From: Callorhinchus milii
Taxonomy: Eukaryota
NCBI RefSeq assembly: GCF_018977255.1
Contig: NW_024704742.1
Coordinates: forward strand, 33,482,001 to 33,546,000
Length of the DNA stretch: 64,000 nucleotides
Direction: 5' to 3'
Made by a program: the position numbers and the translations under genes. Below the pieces are notes generated by a model. It did not search any database. It was given only the letters and a program-made list of their open reading frames with translations, and was not told the DNA's origin. The number at the start of each line of letters is the position of its first letter. Within the stretch, counting starts at the first letter, position 1. Of this stretch, positions 50,031 to 64,000 are shown piece after piece.

Positions 50031-51639
50031 CACAGGAGGATAGTCGCTAGTTGGTTATTATTAAACCTCATGTCACTACATGTGATCAGTATAGCGAGAA
50101 CTGTACACTGACCTGTTCAGACTCTGATGGCATTGAACTGCAAGCAGATACCAGTCAGGTCCTATTCTGTCCTAGGATCCTGAAGTACTAATACCATCTG
50201 TCAGCATATTTTAGAGGAGTCTTTTATGCAACCTTAACTTAAGTCTACTGGCACATGAAGAACAGACAAAAAACATTAACACACAAGTCTTACGGGCACA
50301 ACATACAGTTTAAATCCAGGGTGCAACCTTTAACAAAGAACACCCACTATGTCTGGAGGGAGAAGAAGGAGCTGTGTTCTGTGTTTAATATAAATCAGAT
50401 CTAATTTGTGTTATTCCTCAGCAGGATTCGTTGTTAAGGAACTGAAGTCAAATGAATAGCACCACTTACTACAAGATTAATAGAAATGTGTGGAGCAAGG
50501 AAACTTGCCTAGGGTTTCACCCCACCAGGTTGTCTGATAACCAGACAACATGTCATCACAATGTGTTAGTGTAAGTGCAAGCGTTTTGCTCAAAAAATAC
50601 ACAACCAATCCATTTTACAATATATTCTGTGAAGCGTTTTGAGGCGTCTCAACGATGTGATAAGGCGCTACATCAAATGCAAGGATTATTATTACCTGTA
50701 GGAAGTCTACTCTGACCCGATCTACTGGCAGGGATTCCAGCAGGATTCCTCAAGAGATGCTGAAAACTAGACTTCAATATATAAAATTATTTGTTTTTTG
50801 AAAAGGGATATCTAAATGTCTCAAACATTCCCTTCCTTTGTTTAGGAAATGAATGCCTGATATAAACACTGATCTTGTTTATTGACAACGCTAAAGTAAT
50901 TTCACACAACTACAAATTGCCCTTTCTAAACAGTATTCCAGTTACAGTGGGACACAATGAAATGTGGTTCAGTACAATGGTGGGAATTGCAGCAATGGCT
51001 CATGTATTTAGGCATATAGAACAAAACCTAAGAAAAATGGAACCAGCTATGCTAGTAAAATTAAGCAACTTTTCTTCAACATGTGGTAACACAAGAAAAT
51101 AACTCTCAGATCAGGACATCCCTCTCAGCTTCAGAACCACAGCTTTCCTAACACTCGCATCTGAAGCAATGATACCACTCTATTCTAATTTACACCTGTA
51201 AGACCTGGACTGGAAATATATGGGAAAAATACACAGAAAGCAAAAAATCCCATTCAGCAACAAACATCAGCAATTTAGCTCAAAGGGATTGCAGCTTTAA
51301 GCATCTTGCAACTTTATTTTTGGTTTAATACGAATGATAATGTCATTAGTTGATTTTTCCTGACAGAATGATAATATTACTTGATGACTTTTGTTAGTTT
51401 TAATACAATTAAATAACACTAATAATCAGAGTTTGCATTTGATATAGAGGTTTAACACAATTAATGTTTCAAAGTGCTTCAATGATTCATTAAGTTACTA
51501 AGTATGAGTTTCAGCGCTACGAGGTATGATTTTGTGTGAAGGACGCTATATAAATGCAAGTTGTTCTTCTGAAGTATAGTAACTGATGTTATCTTGTCAA
51601 AAGTGTCACAATATATAATCTGCACTAGCCAAGCACTGA

Positions 51640-51890
51640 ATTATGCGCATGTTGTCTCATGCTAAACACCGCAACCCCATCACCCCAGTCCTTGCCAGCC
51701 TCCCTATTGCAGAACGGATTGATTTCAAGCTCCTGACGCTCATGTTTCAATCACTTCATGACCTGGCACCGCCCAACCTCTCCAATCTGCTTATACTCCA
51801 CTCGTCTACCCGGCCACTTCACTCAGCTGGCTCCAGCCTCCTGCATGTCCCTCATCCTCTCTGCTCCACCAACGGCAGCTATGCTTTATA
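51640..51890 (+). mobile_element. L2 ORF2 C-terminal fragment
   Basis: PITPVLASLPIAERIDFKLL...LAPPNLSNLL. Confidence 0.82.
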
Positions 51891-52645
51891 TATACTATCC
51901 AGTTATGTCGACCATTCATGTTTTGTTGACATAGATGGTCACAAGCGAACAATAGATATTCTATGATTAAAATTTGTGTACCATGTATCTACATGTATTT
52001 TCATTGATTTTTTTTTAAAAAGTCACGCATTTAGTTCAAATTCCTGAACCATTTAATTCTATGCATTTTTGTTACCTTATTTCCAAAAATGTCATCAACT
52101 TATTTACAAGGGTAGTCACATAGGGAATTTTTTTTTAACTGTTCGTTGATGACGTAAATGTTAATAAAACAATGTCTTTAATACCATTAAAGATCCTAAC
52201 AATTTGTCAACTTATGTGTGCCAAAGTTTATGTCGATATCAATACAGACAAACCATTTTTAGTATTAATGTGTGGAGAAGAGATGGGGACCTTTTTTTAA
52301 AAATTACAATCAATAAAAGGGTGATGTCGACTTAATAAACCGGTTTTAGATAAATGGTTAGGACTGTATAATCACTAAATACACTTAATGATCTTCCTAT
52401 TGACCTTCTTATACATCAGCCTGACTGGGTTAACTCTCGTCTCAGTCAAAAGGTTGTAGTTCAAACTCTCTGACACTCCAATTACAGTGCATTGTTGGAG
52501 GCACCAGACTTCAGATAAGATGTTGAAATGAATCAGAGCAGTTTCAATGTGGTCTTGCCAGCCCTTGATTCACAATCAGCATCTGGAAGTAAGTGATCCT
52601 ATACGCCAGACTCTAAAACCTGATATTCATAACAAAATCCTAAAA

Positions 52646-52777
52646 TAGCGACTCCTGTCAGTAACCAGAAGTGCATCACAGTGACCTTTGGATCATTGAT
52701 TGCAATTCGACTTTCTACTGGAGCATAGATCTTGCAGGTAGGTGTGATGCACTTCAACTTACCAACAAGAGTAGCTA
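52646..52777. repeat. Imperfect ~130-bp inverted repeat
   Basis: Perfect GAAGTGCATCACA / TGTGATGCACTTC core within ~48-bp degenerate arms. Confidence 0.8.
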
Positions 52778-55700
52778 AATATTTAGTTTATGCCCCAGAT
52801 TGATATAAAAAAAACTTGCAAATCCTCATCTTTTAAGAATGTAACCTTTGTTCAAAAGAAGTTTTTTTATTGAAGGGGTAAAAGATAGGACTCCTGTTGT
52901 ATAAGCATTACTCTCGGAAGAGATGTTATGAGGAGTGAAACAAGAGCAAATGCATCATCTGAACACTGAGGAATGGGATTCGATTTCACGCTCATCTCTA
53001 GCTTCTTTGTTACTTGCATGTTATGGCTTTGGTTTGGATGAAAAAGGAGAGATGTCGTAGCCTCTTACATTCTACTGTCATCTGGAAACAAGAGAGGCAG
53101 TCACAGAGGCTGATTCTTTCAAGGCAAAGACATCAAACCATGTTCAGCCCTCGGGGACAAAGAAAATTGCAACCTGCCATCCTTGCAACCTGCCAAGCAG
53201 GGAGGGAGGAGGGGAGAAAATCTTGTGAATACATATCACATGTTAGATGCAACAGTTTCCAAAACCAATGATTTTGGATAAAATGAACATTCCTTAAAAA
53301 TGCTGCACTTTGATGTGCATAATATCAGTCATCTGTCACAATGATTATTTTTGAGGCATTCGTTTAAGGAACGTGGGATAAACAGAATTTCCAGCTGGAT
53401 GTACAGAGAAATCAAGAAGTCTTTTTTCAAACATTGTGTACCATTGTTTAGCATTTAATATGCTCTTGCTGGGGAAACCTATTAAGTTACTAGTTATTCC
53501 CCAAATCATTAGTTTTGCTAACTATGTCATCTAAAATGTGATATTGACAAGATTTTCTCCCTGCCATTTCCTCTCCTTCCCTTATCCTTTTAACTCCAAC
53601 ATCCCTATTAATCACATCACTCTCACATAAATCTGGGAGTAGGGGACAATATGTTTTTGCTATGGGGCAAAAATTACATCTGTTCTGTCGCAAAATGTTT
53701 TATCAATGTGATTCGGACTTGTCGACACTTCATACAGTACTTGCTTCCTTACACACGTTTGCAATCCTTAACCTTACAGCAGATAGCTGTGCTGTAAGAT
53801 GGTGGATGGTGCCCAGACACCATCTGGTCAAAGAGATTTATGAAGTTAAAGCTATCAAGTGTCACTTGAAGAAGACAAGCAGCCTGTTCGGTCAGATCAG
53901 ACCAGCAGTACCAGTAACAAAACCAGGCAGCCGCACAATGAACACCAGCGCCCTGAATCAGAAGAGGTTGCAGGTTCACCAGGCGTCTACTAACAATCCT
54001 CAACATCACATAGGCACTACACCACAGGATATGACCTTCTCTATTCTAGACTTTGTGGCCGACCTTCTCCACGTCATCATAACAATAATAATAATTTGAT
54101 CACTAAATCCACGACTGTTTGTGGGACCTGCTGTGCGCAATTAGCTGCCCCGTTTCGCCCATAAAATGAACAGTCAATTCACTTTTCAGTATATTGTGTG
54201 AAGCGCTTTGAGACAGTTCAATAATGTGATAAAGCTATATCAAATGCAAGGTTTATTATTTGTTATTACATGACTCATTCCACTTGATACATTCTATCTG
54301 CACACCTTACCCAACACTGGTAAAAAGGAGTAAAAATGTGTAAATGGGAGAAGCTTTCATTTATTTGTTGGCATTCTTTCTAAGTTTTTAGATTTATCAT
54401 TTTTACTGAATTTGCTATATTTACTGAACAAAGCCATTGACTTTATTGCAACTAACCATGGTGTTGCGTCCTTCAACCCTGACACTCGAGTCCACTACAA
54501 TATAATTTATATAATTAACATATTGCTGGAATTTCCGCTCCTGGCAATGTCCCAGTTGATGGCGAGCATTGAGTTGAGCCTCTCACTTTGTGGATTGCAA
54601 CATCTCAGGCTTAGTTTGCAGAACACTGGCTAAATTTCATTTGAAATCCAAGCTGAGCTAGTATTCCACCAAGCCACTGAACTGTCAACCATTTGTACAA
54701 AGTTCGAGGGGGTTCACCCAAAGCAGTTATCAGTAGGGACATTATTAGCAGCACAATGTTCAGTTATTACCAGCAATATATCATGGAATGGTCTCATGCT
54801 TCCGTACACAGAATTGTGCCGAACTTTCATTTCCAATCAGTGCGAAAACAACCTCAGTCATCTTTGAACTCAGTGCATTAGCTATGGGGCTGACGTGATC
54901 ACTATTTTCTCCATGGAATCCCCTGCACAGCACGTAGATTCACAACACTTGGGTTAGCAGGTAAAGGCACAGCTTGGTCTGGCACCAAGCCACACAGACC
55001 AGAAGGTTGCAGGTTTGATTCCCGAGCTGTGCTGATTTATTTCACGTTTGCAGTCATCTTACAATGGCAAATTGCCCAGCGGGTCATCCACGATTCGCAA
55101 CATCACTTGCATCCAAAGTGTAATCTAGGTCGACACAAAATGTTTGTAACTTTGTTTTAAAATAGTTCTTATTTTTGTCAATTGAAATTCTTCTGACCCT
55201 ACCCTGTTTTGCTGTCTGTCCACTAAGAAACTTAATTTCACTGGCATCACAAGCTGAACAAGTAGAGTCGCACAGTTGCTAGTCGGCTGCAGAGAGGAGG
55301 AAGCCTTTGGATACGAGTGATAAAGGTTTAAAATGATGGATAGTTTACAAGCTACAAAGATTATCTATTATTGAAGGTATTTCCAGGAATTGAATGTGAA
55401 CTTTACTATTAAATACTTTTATCCCAGCACTGAGATAAGGTACCATTCTAATTCCTTCCCTACAGAATCAGTCAATGAATCAGTTTGATAATGCCTTTCA
55501 ATGCATTAGTTTTTTCGACAAACCTTGGCAATGGAAAACACCTGCTCAGTTTCCTTGACTACATATTGTACCTTTAGCCACTCCACTCCAAGCATATTAC
55601 AGCAAATCAGAGCTACATAACTTTGTTTGTCTTGGATTTGGATTTGTAATGTTTATTTATATAGATACAGCTGTATTTAGATAAACAATAGAGCTGACAC

Positions 55701-57194
55701 ATCCAATGGAAGATATATTTGGAAAAAGTGCATCAAACCTCACACCAAAATTACCTACCAAATAATAATGCTGCAACCTGCTATACTGCAAAGCAACGTA
55801 GAGCTATAGTAGGAAGTCCGGGGGGTAATGTCGCACAAACAAACAATTTATTCTTTATCAGTGACTAAAACTCTTATGATCCAAAATGCAGAATTCACAT
55901 AAATGCTTTCAGCATTGAAGGTTACAATTTGAACCTTAAATCTCATTACAAACTGGAAATGTAGGAGTTGTTCTATTCCATGCGATTTATTCTTTAATAT
56001 GATCTAAACGCTAATCTAATTTTGGTAATATTTGGGAATTTATTACTATCGATTACAAATATATTATTTTACCATAGTTTCCAATATGTAAATTAAATTA
56101 TTCCTTTAGTATTCCAATGTTTGGCAATTCATCAGTTTTCTAAAACACTTCAAGTAACCTTAACAAATAAATCTGCTAGTTCAAGTCTACTGCACATTCA
56201 GGCTCTAAAAATGGTTCAGAGTGATTTCTTGCTCATAACAGAGGCCTTACAACCATACCCTTTTTTTGAAACCAAGGGCTTAAAACAAATTAAGGCACTT
56301 CTGCTTCATATGCCATGTCTAATATCTTTTCCGCTTAAGTGCCTTAGCACAATAAATGTTGGTGCATCCATAGTGACAGACGGCATCCTGACACTCTGTT
56401 AGCTAAAGCCAAACAATTCCACTTAGACTTCACCCATTATTAACTGGTGCTGTGGATTCAATCCAATCAGTCTTGGATGTTGCAGTTGCCAGAGTTTGAC
56501 AGAAGGAATTAAAATGAAACAAAGGCATGGTTTATCTCTGTAATTTTGGAAAGATAACAACAAAACAATTTGTATTTATATAGCGCATTTCACACAGGTA
56601 GGTTCACGGAATGCTCAAAACAGAGACATCTCGAAATTGCTACTAATAATACTTGCATTTGATGATAGCAGCTTATCCCATCTTCAAGATGTCTCGAAGC
56701 ACTTCACAGAATATATTGTAAAGTGAATTGACTGTATTTTGTGGGTGAAACGCAGCAGCCAATTGCGCACAGCGGTGTCTCACAAACAGTCGTGGATTTT
56801 TTTTGCGATTTCAGAATACCCAATAAAAAGTGGCAACATGGATTAAGTATGTCAACCTAAGCCATAAATCCCAGCAGTCTGCTTGTTAGATTCCCAGTTT
56901 TGTAGCTGATCTCTGCTGGTGCACCAGTTGGAGCATTACAATCAGTCTCAGTGGCGCTTGGGCTACAACAGGCAAAAAAGGGAAAAGATTTTAGCTATAA
57001 TTTACCAATTGCTAACCAGTGATCCCTGACCATTGTGTGCACAGGCAGACAATTTGGGAAAGGGCAAGATTGAGCTCAACTAATGTTTCCTCCTCCCTCC
57101 ACCCCATCATAAATCGTCAAATAACCCGACACTCACTATCCTAGCTCACGCGTAAAGAATGGCTATTTAGACAAGATACAGGAACTGAACCCAA

Positions 57195-57602
57195 CAGACT
57201 CGCCTCTGAGTCACAAGTTTGTTAGTTTACGGCCCACAATGGGACATTGAGCTGATAGTCTGGGCTGACATTACAACGTGGTGCTGGGGGTTAACTGCAA
57301 TATCAGAGGTGCCATCCGTTGGATGAGACATTAAATTGAGGCCCCTTCTGCCTGCTCAGGTGCACATTAAAGATCCCATGTAATTGCTTAAAAAAAGAAG
57401 GGTGTTTCTCCTGGTGTACTAGCCAACAATTCCCCGATAAAATAAGTCATTCACTTCATGGCTGTTTGGGGAGACATTGCTGTGCACATATTAGCTGCAG
57501 TGTTTGCCTACAATTAAACAGTCTCTATACAATAAATCCTGAGAAGCAATTTCAGACATTTTGACAACGTGATAAAATGTTATGTCAAAAGCGAGAATTA
57601 TT
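57195..57602 (+). mobile_element. Family B (Deu-like) SINE
   Basis: CTCGCCTCTGAGTCA head remnant; CTGCCTGCTCAGGTGCACATTAAAGATCCCATG core. Confidence 0.75.
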
Positions 57603-58039
57603 ACAAGATCACAAGATTGGTTTGGATGAAGAAGGCCCTTTGGCCCATCCGATCTGATCCTTCTAGAACACCCACATTCAGCTGCTTTTTAAATAAGTCT
57701 TGTGTTCTGGCCACTACCACCTTTCCTGGTAACCTGCTCCAGTTGTTGATAATCCTATAAACAAAGTATCATTATTATTACTACTATGTCAGTAGCTTGT
57801 GAAGAGAAAGAAAGAAAAAAAGTATACCCGAGTTAAAAATTTGTTTTTTTAAAAAAAGCACTTACAATTATACAAAACGACAACATAAGAATATCCTGGT
57901 GCCAGGACACCTCGTCTAATATAAACTAAGGTTATCCACAGAACAAGAGCACATTGTTTAGGTTCAAGACATATGGCAGAGAATTACACTGATGATGGCA
58001 TTTCTGAAAATGAACCACTTTAGAGAAGGTTGAGGTAGC

Positions 58040-58460
58040 CTTCAAACTTTTAACTGATACCAGGGCTGAGGTGTTTTACTGCAAGGAAAGACGGCAGAAA
58101 CTGGAGCTATTTTCACCAGAAACACAGAAGGCTGAGAAGGGACCTCATGAATGATTTGTAGCAATTCAGTAGGAATTTTATGAAAAACATAACAGGGAGA
58201 AATTATTTGCATTGGCCAGCGAGTCGAAAGGACAAAAGGAAGGTGAAGGAGAATTTATTTACCCTGAGGGTTATTGGGATATGGAATACCCTAACTGCAA
58301 CCATGGTTGAAGGTAGAATCCATATTAGCTTTAAGACAGGCTTAAATAAATTTCTGAAAAGGAGAAATATAAAAGTGTTTGGGGAATAAACAGGAGAATG
58401 GTAAGCTCTTTCAGAGAAGCATCATGGGCTGAATGGTCTCCATCTGAGTTATAAATTTAT
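58040..58460 (+). mobile_element. CR1 3' fragment (similar ends at ~8560-8705, ~14050-14290, ~31100-31210, ~49370-49520, ~57600-57760)
   Basis: LELFS...RRLRRDL, then NLFTLRVIGIWNTL...SFKTGLNKFL; GGGCTGAATGG 3' UTR motif. Confidence 0.7.
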
Positions 58461-58529
58461 TTGTTTCTATAGATGGCTACTGTCATTTGACCGTATATTA
58501 AACAATTGTCAATGATTTTTAATGAATTA

Positions 58530-59650
58530 TAATACATGCACTTGATATAGTGCACTTGATATAGCACCTTAATCACATCATTGAGATGTCTCAAAGGTCT
58601 TCACATGATTTTACTGAGAAGTGTAATGAGGACTGTATTTGCAGGCAAATATGGCAGCCAATTTGTGCACAATATTCCACATACAGCCATGAAGTGGGTG
58701 ACCAATTTTATTTGGGCGATTGGTGTTTAGCATATAACAACAACTTAGATTTATATAGCGCCATCCACGCCGGACAGCGTCTCAGAGCACTTCACAATAA
58801 CGGATCCCGGGGCTGAGCCAGGGGTAGGGGGGTAAGAAGGTGACCAAAGGCGCGGTCGAAAAGAAAGGTCTTTAGCCGAGACCTGAAAGTAGTACGAGAG
58901 GGGGCGAGGTGATGGGAGTGAGGAAGGGAGTTCCAGAGCTTCAGGGCGTAGTGGCTGAAGGCACAGCCATGGATGGTGGAGCGGAGGATTCGGGGTACAA
59001 GGAGGAGACCAGACCCCGTGGAGCAAAGGCAACGGGCACTGTTGTGAGGAAAGAGGTGGTCAGAGAAGTAGGGGGGTGCAGAGGAGTGGAGGGATTTGAA
59101 GACAAGGGTAAGGATCTTGAAATCGATCCTCTCTGGGACAGGCAGCCAGTGCAGTCTGGAAGGACTGGGGTAATCGGGGAGCGGAGTTTGGTGCAGGTAA
59201 GAATGCGGGCAGCAGAATTCTGGATGACCTGGATTTTATGAATCGTAGAGGAGGGGAGACCGGTGAGGAGGGCATTTGAATAGTCCAGCCGAGAGGTGAC
59301 AGAGGCATGGACCAACAACAACAGGATTACATTTGTATAGCGCCTTTCATGTCGGGAGGATGTCCCAAGGAGCTGGACAGAGTAAAGCATTTCAGATCTG
59401 AGCTGGGGTTGGGAGAAGAAAAGGAGGGGAGGCGAAGGGTGTGGCTGATGGCATGGTTGAAGAGGAGGGTCTTGAGGCGGGACTTGAAGGAGGCTAAGGA
59501 GGGGGCGAGGTGGAGTGACTGGGGGATGGAATTCCAGAGATTGGGGGCAGAGTGGTTGACCAGGGTGAAACTCCCTTCTCTTTTCAAACAGTACCATGTG
59601 CCCACCTGAACAGGATGTTGGTTTAACGTTTCATCCGAAGGACAGCATCC
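58530..59650 (-). mobile_element. Composite: family B SINE split by two stacked L2 3' fragments (58735-59307 subfamily B; 59310-59553 subfamily A)
   Basis: SINE body at 58530-58730 resumes at ~59553 (CCAGGGTGAAACTCCC). The insert encodes L2 ORF2 C-terminal motifs ([19 protein letters not shown]). Confidence 0.8.
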
Positions 59651-62235
59651 TTGACCTCCAAAAAAGCAGGGTCTCCAACATGTGAAAAAACGTTGGAAGA
59701 CTGGCTCTGCGAAAGGGCTCAGGATGGTCAGATAAAATGGGTGCGCCAATTCATGGAGGCACCAAAAAGCATAAGTGCATGGAGATTTTATGCTTTTTGG
59801 TGCCTGAGCAACAACTTGCATTTATATAGCACCCATCACACAGGGTAACATTTTGGAGCTCTTAACAGTGGGACACATGTGCAGGCTGCAAAGGGGGTAA
59901 GTATTGGAAATCATTCACAGGAGAACTCTGAACCATTCATGGGAGTACTCCAGAAATTTTCTATATAGCCAGTCTGTCCCTACGTATGACTAGTGCCAAC
60001 ATTTTCTATCCTGGTCCAGCACACAGTCCTGAATCCAAAATTGAAATGTTTGGGTAGTGGCTCTATCTCTCCGTATTTTCTTTCCTCATTCATTGAATAA
60101 GTATCTAAGATAATAATATTAATAATAATACTTGCATTTGTTATTGTACCTTATCATGTCATTGCAATGTCTCAAAGTGCATCACAGGGTATATTGTAAA
60201 GTGTATCTTTTATTTTGTGAGCGATAAAGATTTAAAGAGAACAATCTTTATTTACCAGTAGCCCTACTTGAGCAAATGAATGCTGCTAATAATGAGCATG
60301 GTATTTGCTGGACACATGCATACAGGCAGGCAAGCAGGCAGACCCACTAATAATTTATTCTTGGAAAAGAATAAATTATTTAAAAGTGAATTTCTTGAGA
60401 GCGTCCAAACGAGATTATAAAGTAATCTTGCTGTGTAGCTGCACTACAGAGTAGAAGGCTATAACTGTGAAATACAGTACATCCATTTCCTTAACATTTT
60501 GTTCTTGGACAGTGATACAAGGGGCACTTCATTTTGAATGCATTATTAATATTACCATATAGCTCAGTGATTTATTCGTCACCCTTTGTGTCTCTTCTTA
60601 CGCTATTTAACGGTCAGAGGTGCAGTTGGTTTGTAGATTTCTATAGGAATAGAGCAGCAGTGATGATGTCACCCACATTCTTGTGCCCCTGAATAATACT
60701 TAGTGTTGTAACTTCTCGAATGTCATCGATCAGAAATGTTGCTTACATTTGGCAAGGATGCAAATTCCCAATTGTGACAAGGCTCAAAACACAACGCATG
60801 AAGAATGTTAATATTTATTAGACATAAATATCCAAACAACTTCTCTCTTCCCTAAAAATAAATAAGGTTATAATAATTTTAAAAAATTATTTGAATTGAT
60901 TGCACAACAGAAAGATCATTTCCCAGTTCTTGGTGGTGCTAAGGTTATCAGGTTTCCCATCTCCCCTCCCTCCACCAAAGGCACAAGCTCTATCCTAACT
61001 CCATTGGCAGCAGGTTTCACTGGACCTAGATTGCCCACTGAATGGAATGTCTATTAGGAGGGAGCTGAGATGATCGAAAACAAGTAGCACTTCCCTGCAA
61101 CAACAAATTTACATTTATATAACACCTTTTACATCGTGAGGATGTTCCAAGGTGCTACAAGAGTCTATCTCCTCTCAGCTACTCATGACTGTTGCCCAGA
61201 TCCTTCATGGTCTTTTGTCTAAGGGAAAGGCTGTGATTAGGGAAGGAGATTGATATATATATATATACATACACACACACACAAAATATTATATATACGA
61301 GAAACTTTCATTAAATAATAAAATAGCAAGTCAGTAGGATTGGAAAAGTATTCATCCGGAAGACAGCATAGCACAACACTCCCGCATATCAAGTTAGGAC
61401 AGAACATCATAAAGCCATTTCCTGGGCCTTCCTGTAAAGCTATTTTAGTTGAGACATCATCATCATAATAATACTTAATTTGATATGGTACCTTTCACGT
61501 CAGGAGACGACTCAAAATGCTTCACAGAATTCACTGTAAAGTGTAGTGACTGTTCATTTTGTAGTCAAACAACTACAGTAGGCAAGTCAACCAATTATTG
61601 TGTTAAAGCTACTATCTCAGTCACAAGCAACTAGATAAAAGTCACTGCTCGTTAAGTTTGAAGGATTGTACATAGTTTTAGCCTCAATTTTTGATATGAA
61701 AAATACTCTAAGTACCTCAAAAGCTTGGAAGATCGCAGTTTTCTGGTTCAAACCATGATCTAAATTATATTAACTGAATTCAATCAGGGCAGAAGGGTTT
61801 CAATTGGTCTCAGCAGCCCAAGTTTAGGGAAGAGAAAAAAGTCAGCTATGACACCCGTTCTTGACCACTTGTCCAGTCAGTGACTCCTGCTATGCATTTG
61901 GATGTTGCACAGGAGCAAGATCAGTCTCAGCTGTGTTACCCCCCCTCCCTCCCTCCCCCCGTTCAATAATCAGTCAGCACTCAGTGTCCAGGCTAATATA
62001 TCAACATTTGCAGAGGGCATCTGACACCATGGGGCAGGACTCCAGAATGAGCTAACACTTTCAGGAGGAGAAACTTGGCAGCTTAAAGAGTCTCGCTGTG
62101 CATTGCAGAATATGCAATGCGATAGTTTTTTTTCCCCTGAGTACACATTTCCGCCTTTGACGTTTTAGAAACAATCTAATAATAAATGTTCACATTTTCC
62201 AGTTGCCCTTGACAATAAGAGAGATGATGTACTTA

Positions 62236-62836
62236 TATTAATAATCTTTGCATTTGATATAACACTTTATCAGGTCATTGAAATGTATCAAAAAGCTTCA
62301 CAGGATTTTGATGTAAAGCAATATATGTAAATGCACATTTGCAACAAATTACAGCAGCCAATTTGTGCAATGTTCTACAAACAGCTATGAAGTGAGTGAC
62401 CAATTTCGTAAAAAAAATGAAATAACAGCAATCCTTGCATTTGGTACAGTACCTTACATGTTCGGAGGAAGTCTCAAAGTCCTGCACAGCATTTATTGTA
62501 AACTGAACGTAAATACAATTTGCAGATAAATGCAATTTACACACAGAAACATCTCACAAACAGCCATAAATTGAATAACCTATTTTATCTTGGAGATTAT
62601 TGATCAGGACACTGGGAGAAACTCCCTGCTCTTTTGCCATGGGCTGTTTCACGTGCACCCGAACAGACAGACAGAGCTTCAGTTTAACTTCTCATCGAAA
62701 GGATGGCATCTTCGACAATGCAGCGCGCCCCCAACACGACAGGGGAGTGTCAGCCTAGATTGTGAGCTCAAAGTCCCAACTTAGGTTTTCACGCACAATC
62801 TTCTGACCTAGAGGCGAGTTGATACCAACTAAGCCA
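62236..62836 (-). mobile_element. Family B SINE with a duplicated or second 3' tail segment
   Basis: Core at 62600-62836; two tail/body segments at ~62236-62410 and ~62425-62590. Confidence 0.7.
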
Positions 62837-63688
62837 TACTGGCACCTGCTTCCCCACTAATGGAGCAGGGGAGTGGAAGAGAAAGAAATGGGCAGAGAGA
62901 TGAGGGAACAAATTCAAGAGAGGTATCAACTCGGGCCACTCTCATTCACCTCCTCGTGTTCTGAACTAAGGACTCTGGACTCCTGGGTGCAAGTTTCCTA
63001 GCTACCCTTTGAACCCGAGAATGATTGGAATCAAATCTGAAGAGAAACTAAAAATGAAATGAGCAAAATGTTTATAACAACTTACATTTATTTTGCACTT
63101 TTCACATAGTAGCGTCTATGAGAGCTTACACATTAGATGCCTTGGTTTGTATTTTATAAAGGTGACAGCTTCAGAATGAATTTGCCTTCAATGTCTTAAT
63201 GGATATTTTGTACTGCCGACATAGAGATCATTTAGATGTTATCGGACACCAGTAAAATTGCAAGATAGATGGGATAACAGATGGAAATGCTATAATAAGA
63301 GTCAGGAATGCATAGAAATCTAGATTTGTTTGACATAAGGCTTCTTCTAAATGCAATTGCCTTGATGTTTTGATTCTTACATCCTGTTATTCTTGTTAAG
63401 TTACATATGATGCAAATAGACGTGTTAAGAATTCTTCCAGAAAAGTGCAGCTGAATCCATTGCACTCTGTAAGCTAGGCTACTAAAAATAGTGCCCGCTT
63501 TCCGGTTTTGCAATTAACTCTACAGAGCAGGCACAGATACAAAATGATTTGGATTGATACATTTTAGGAATTAAATGAAGAATTTAATTAGTGATAAATC
63601 TCAACATTAAATGGCTATTCAATTAATTTTTTTGCACATGGCCAATTTTCACTTCAGAAGACATTCTTTTCCCCCCTTCTACTTGTAT

Positions 63689-64000
63689 GGAGTCCTGTAG
63701 TTTAGTGGTTAGAGCACTCGCCTCGCAAGCGAGAGGATCCGGGTTTGATTCCCAGCGGGGCGAAATGTTGGGCAAGTTTCCTGACTCTACATGCCTCTGT
63801 TTACCTAGCAGTAAGTGGGAATCCAGTTGTTAGTCGATTGGCAGATCGCTTTTCTGGTGGTAATAATCCCTTCAAAAAAAAATAATAATTTGGTCAATCA
63901 ATCCACAACTCTTTGTGGGACATTGCTGTGCACAATTGGCTGCTGCGTTTCGCCCACAAAATACACTCAATTCACTTTACAGCATATTCTGTAAATCGCT
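63689..64000 (+). mobile_element. Family A SINE (long form), cut by the window end
   Basis: Head GGAGTCCTGTAGTTTAGTGGTTAGAGCACTCGCC; body matches 1694-2055. Confidence 0.9.

Noticed and set aside
53662..54099. 145-aa plus-strand ORF
   Set aside because: No recognisable domain, no convincing donor site, and it runs into a SINE fragment; could be an old TE relic but is unsupported.

Overview
Eukaryotic, vertebrate-type non-coding DNA: AT-rich, rich in retroelements, with no operon, rRNA, true tRNA gene or CRISPR array and no confidently identifiable protein-coding gene. The repeat content suggests a cartilaginous fish, probably a holocephalan such as elephant shark or ratfish (inference from recalled repeat families, not searched). 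It comprises tRNA-Ala-headed SINEs, Deu-domain-like SINEs, two L2-type LINE subfamilies, CR1 3' ends, Penelope-like fragments and older SINE relics. Most of the longer, protein-like ORFs in the track are LINE fragments or their antisense frames; most others look like chance ORFs. The window reads as the interior of a very long intron. The strongest non-repeat signal is a textbook recursive-splice-site architecture on the minus strand at ~34967-35065: branch point TGACTAAC, a pyrimidine tract, TTTCAG|GTAAGT, then a 62-nt exon with stops in all three frames ending at AAG|GTACCT. Other notable items: (1) three diverged fragments of an unidentified protein-coding-derived repeat (3.1-3.5 kb, 4.1-4.7 kb, 49.7-50.0 kb); (2) a ~230-bp templated duplication of a deleted L2 end plus its unique flank (10.6 kb and 25.3 kb); (3) several palindromic, MITE-like elements; (4) multiple nested or stacked SINE/LINE insertions; (5) a few weak orphan exon candidates. 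Coordinates of degenerate repeats are approximate, read by eye.
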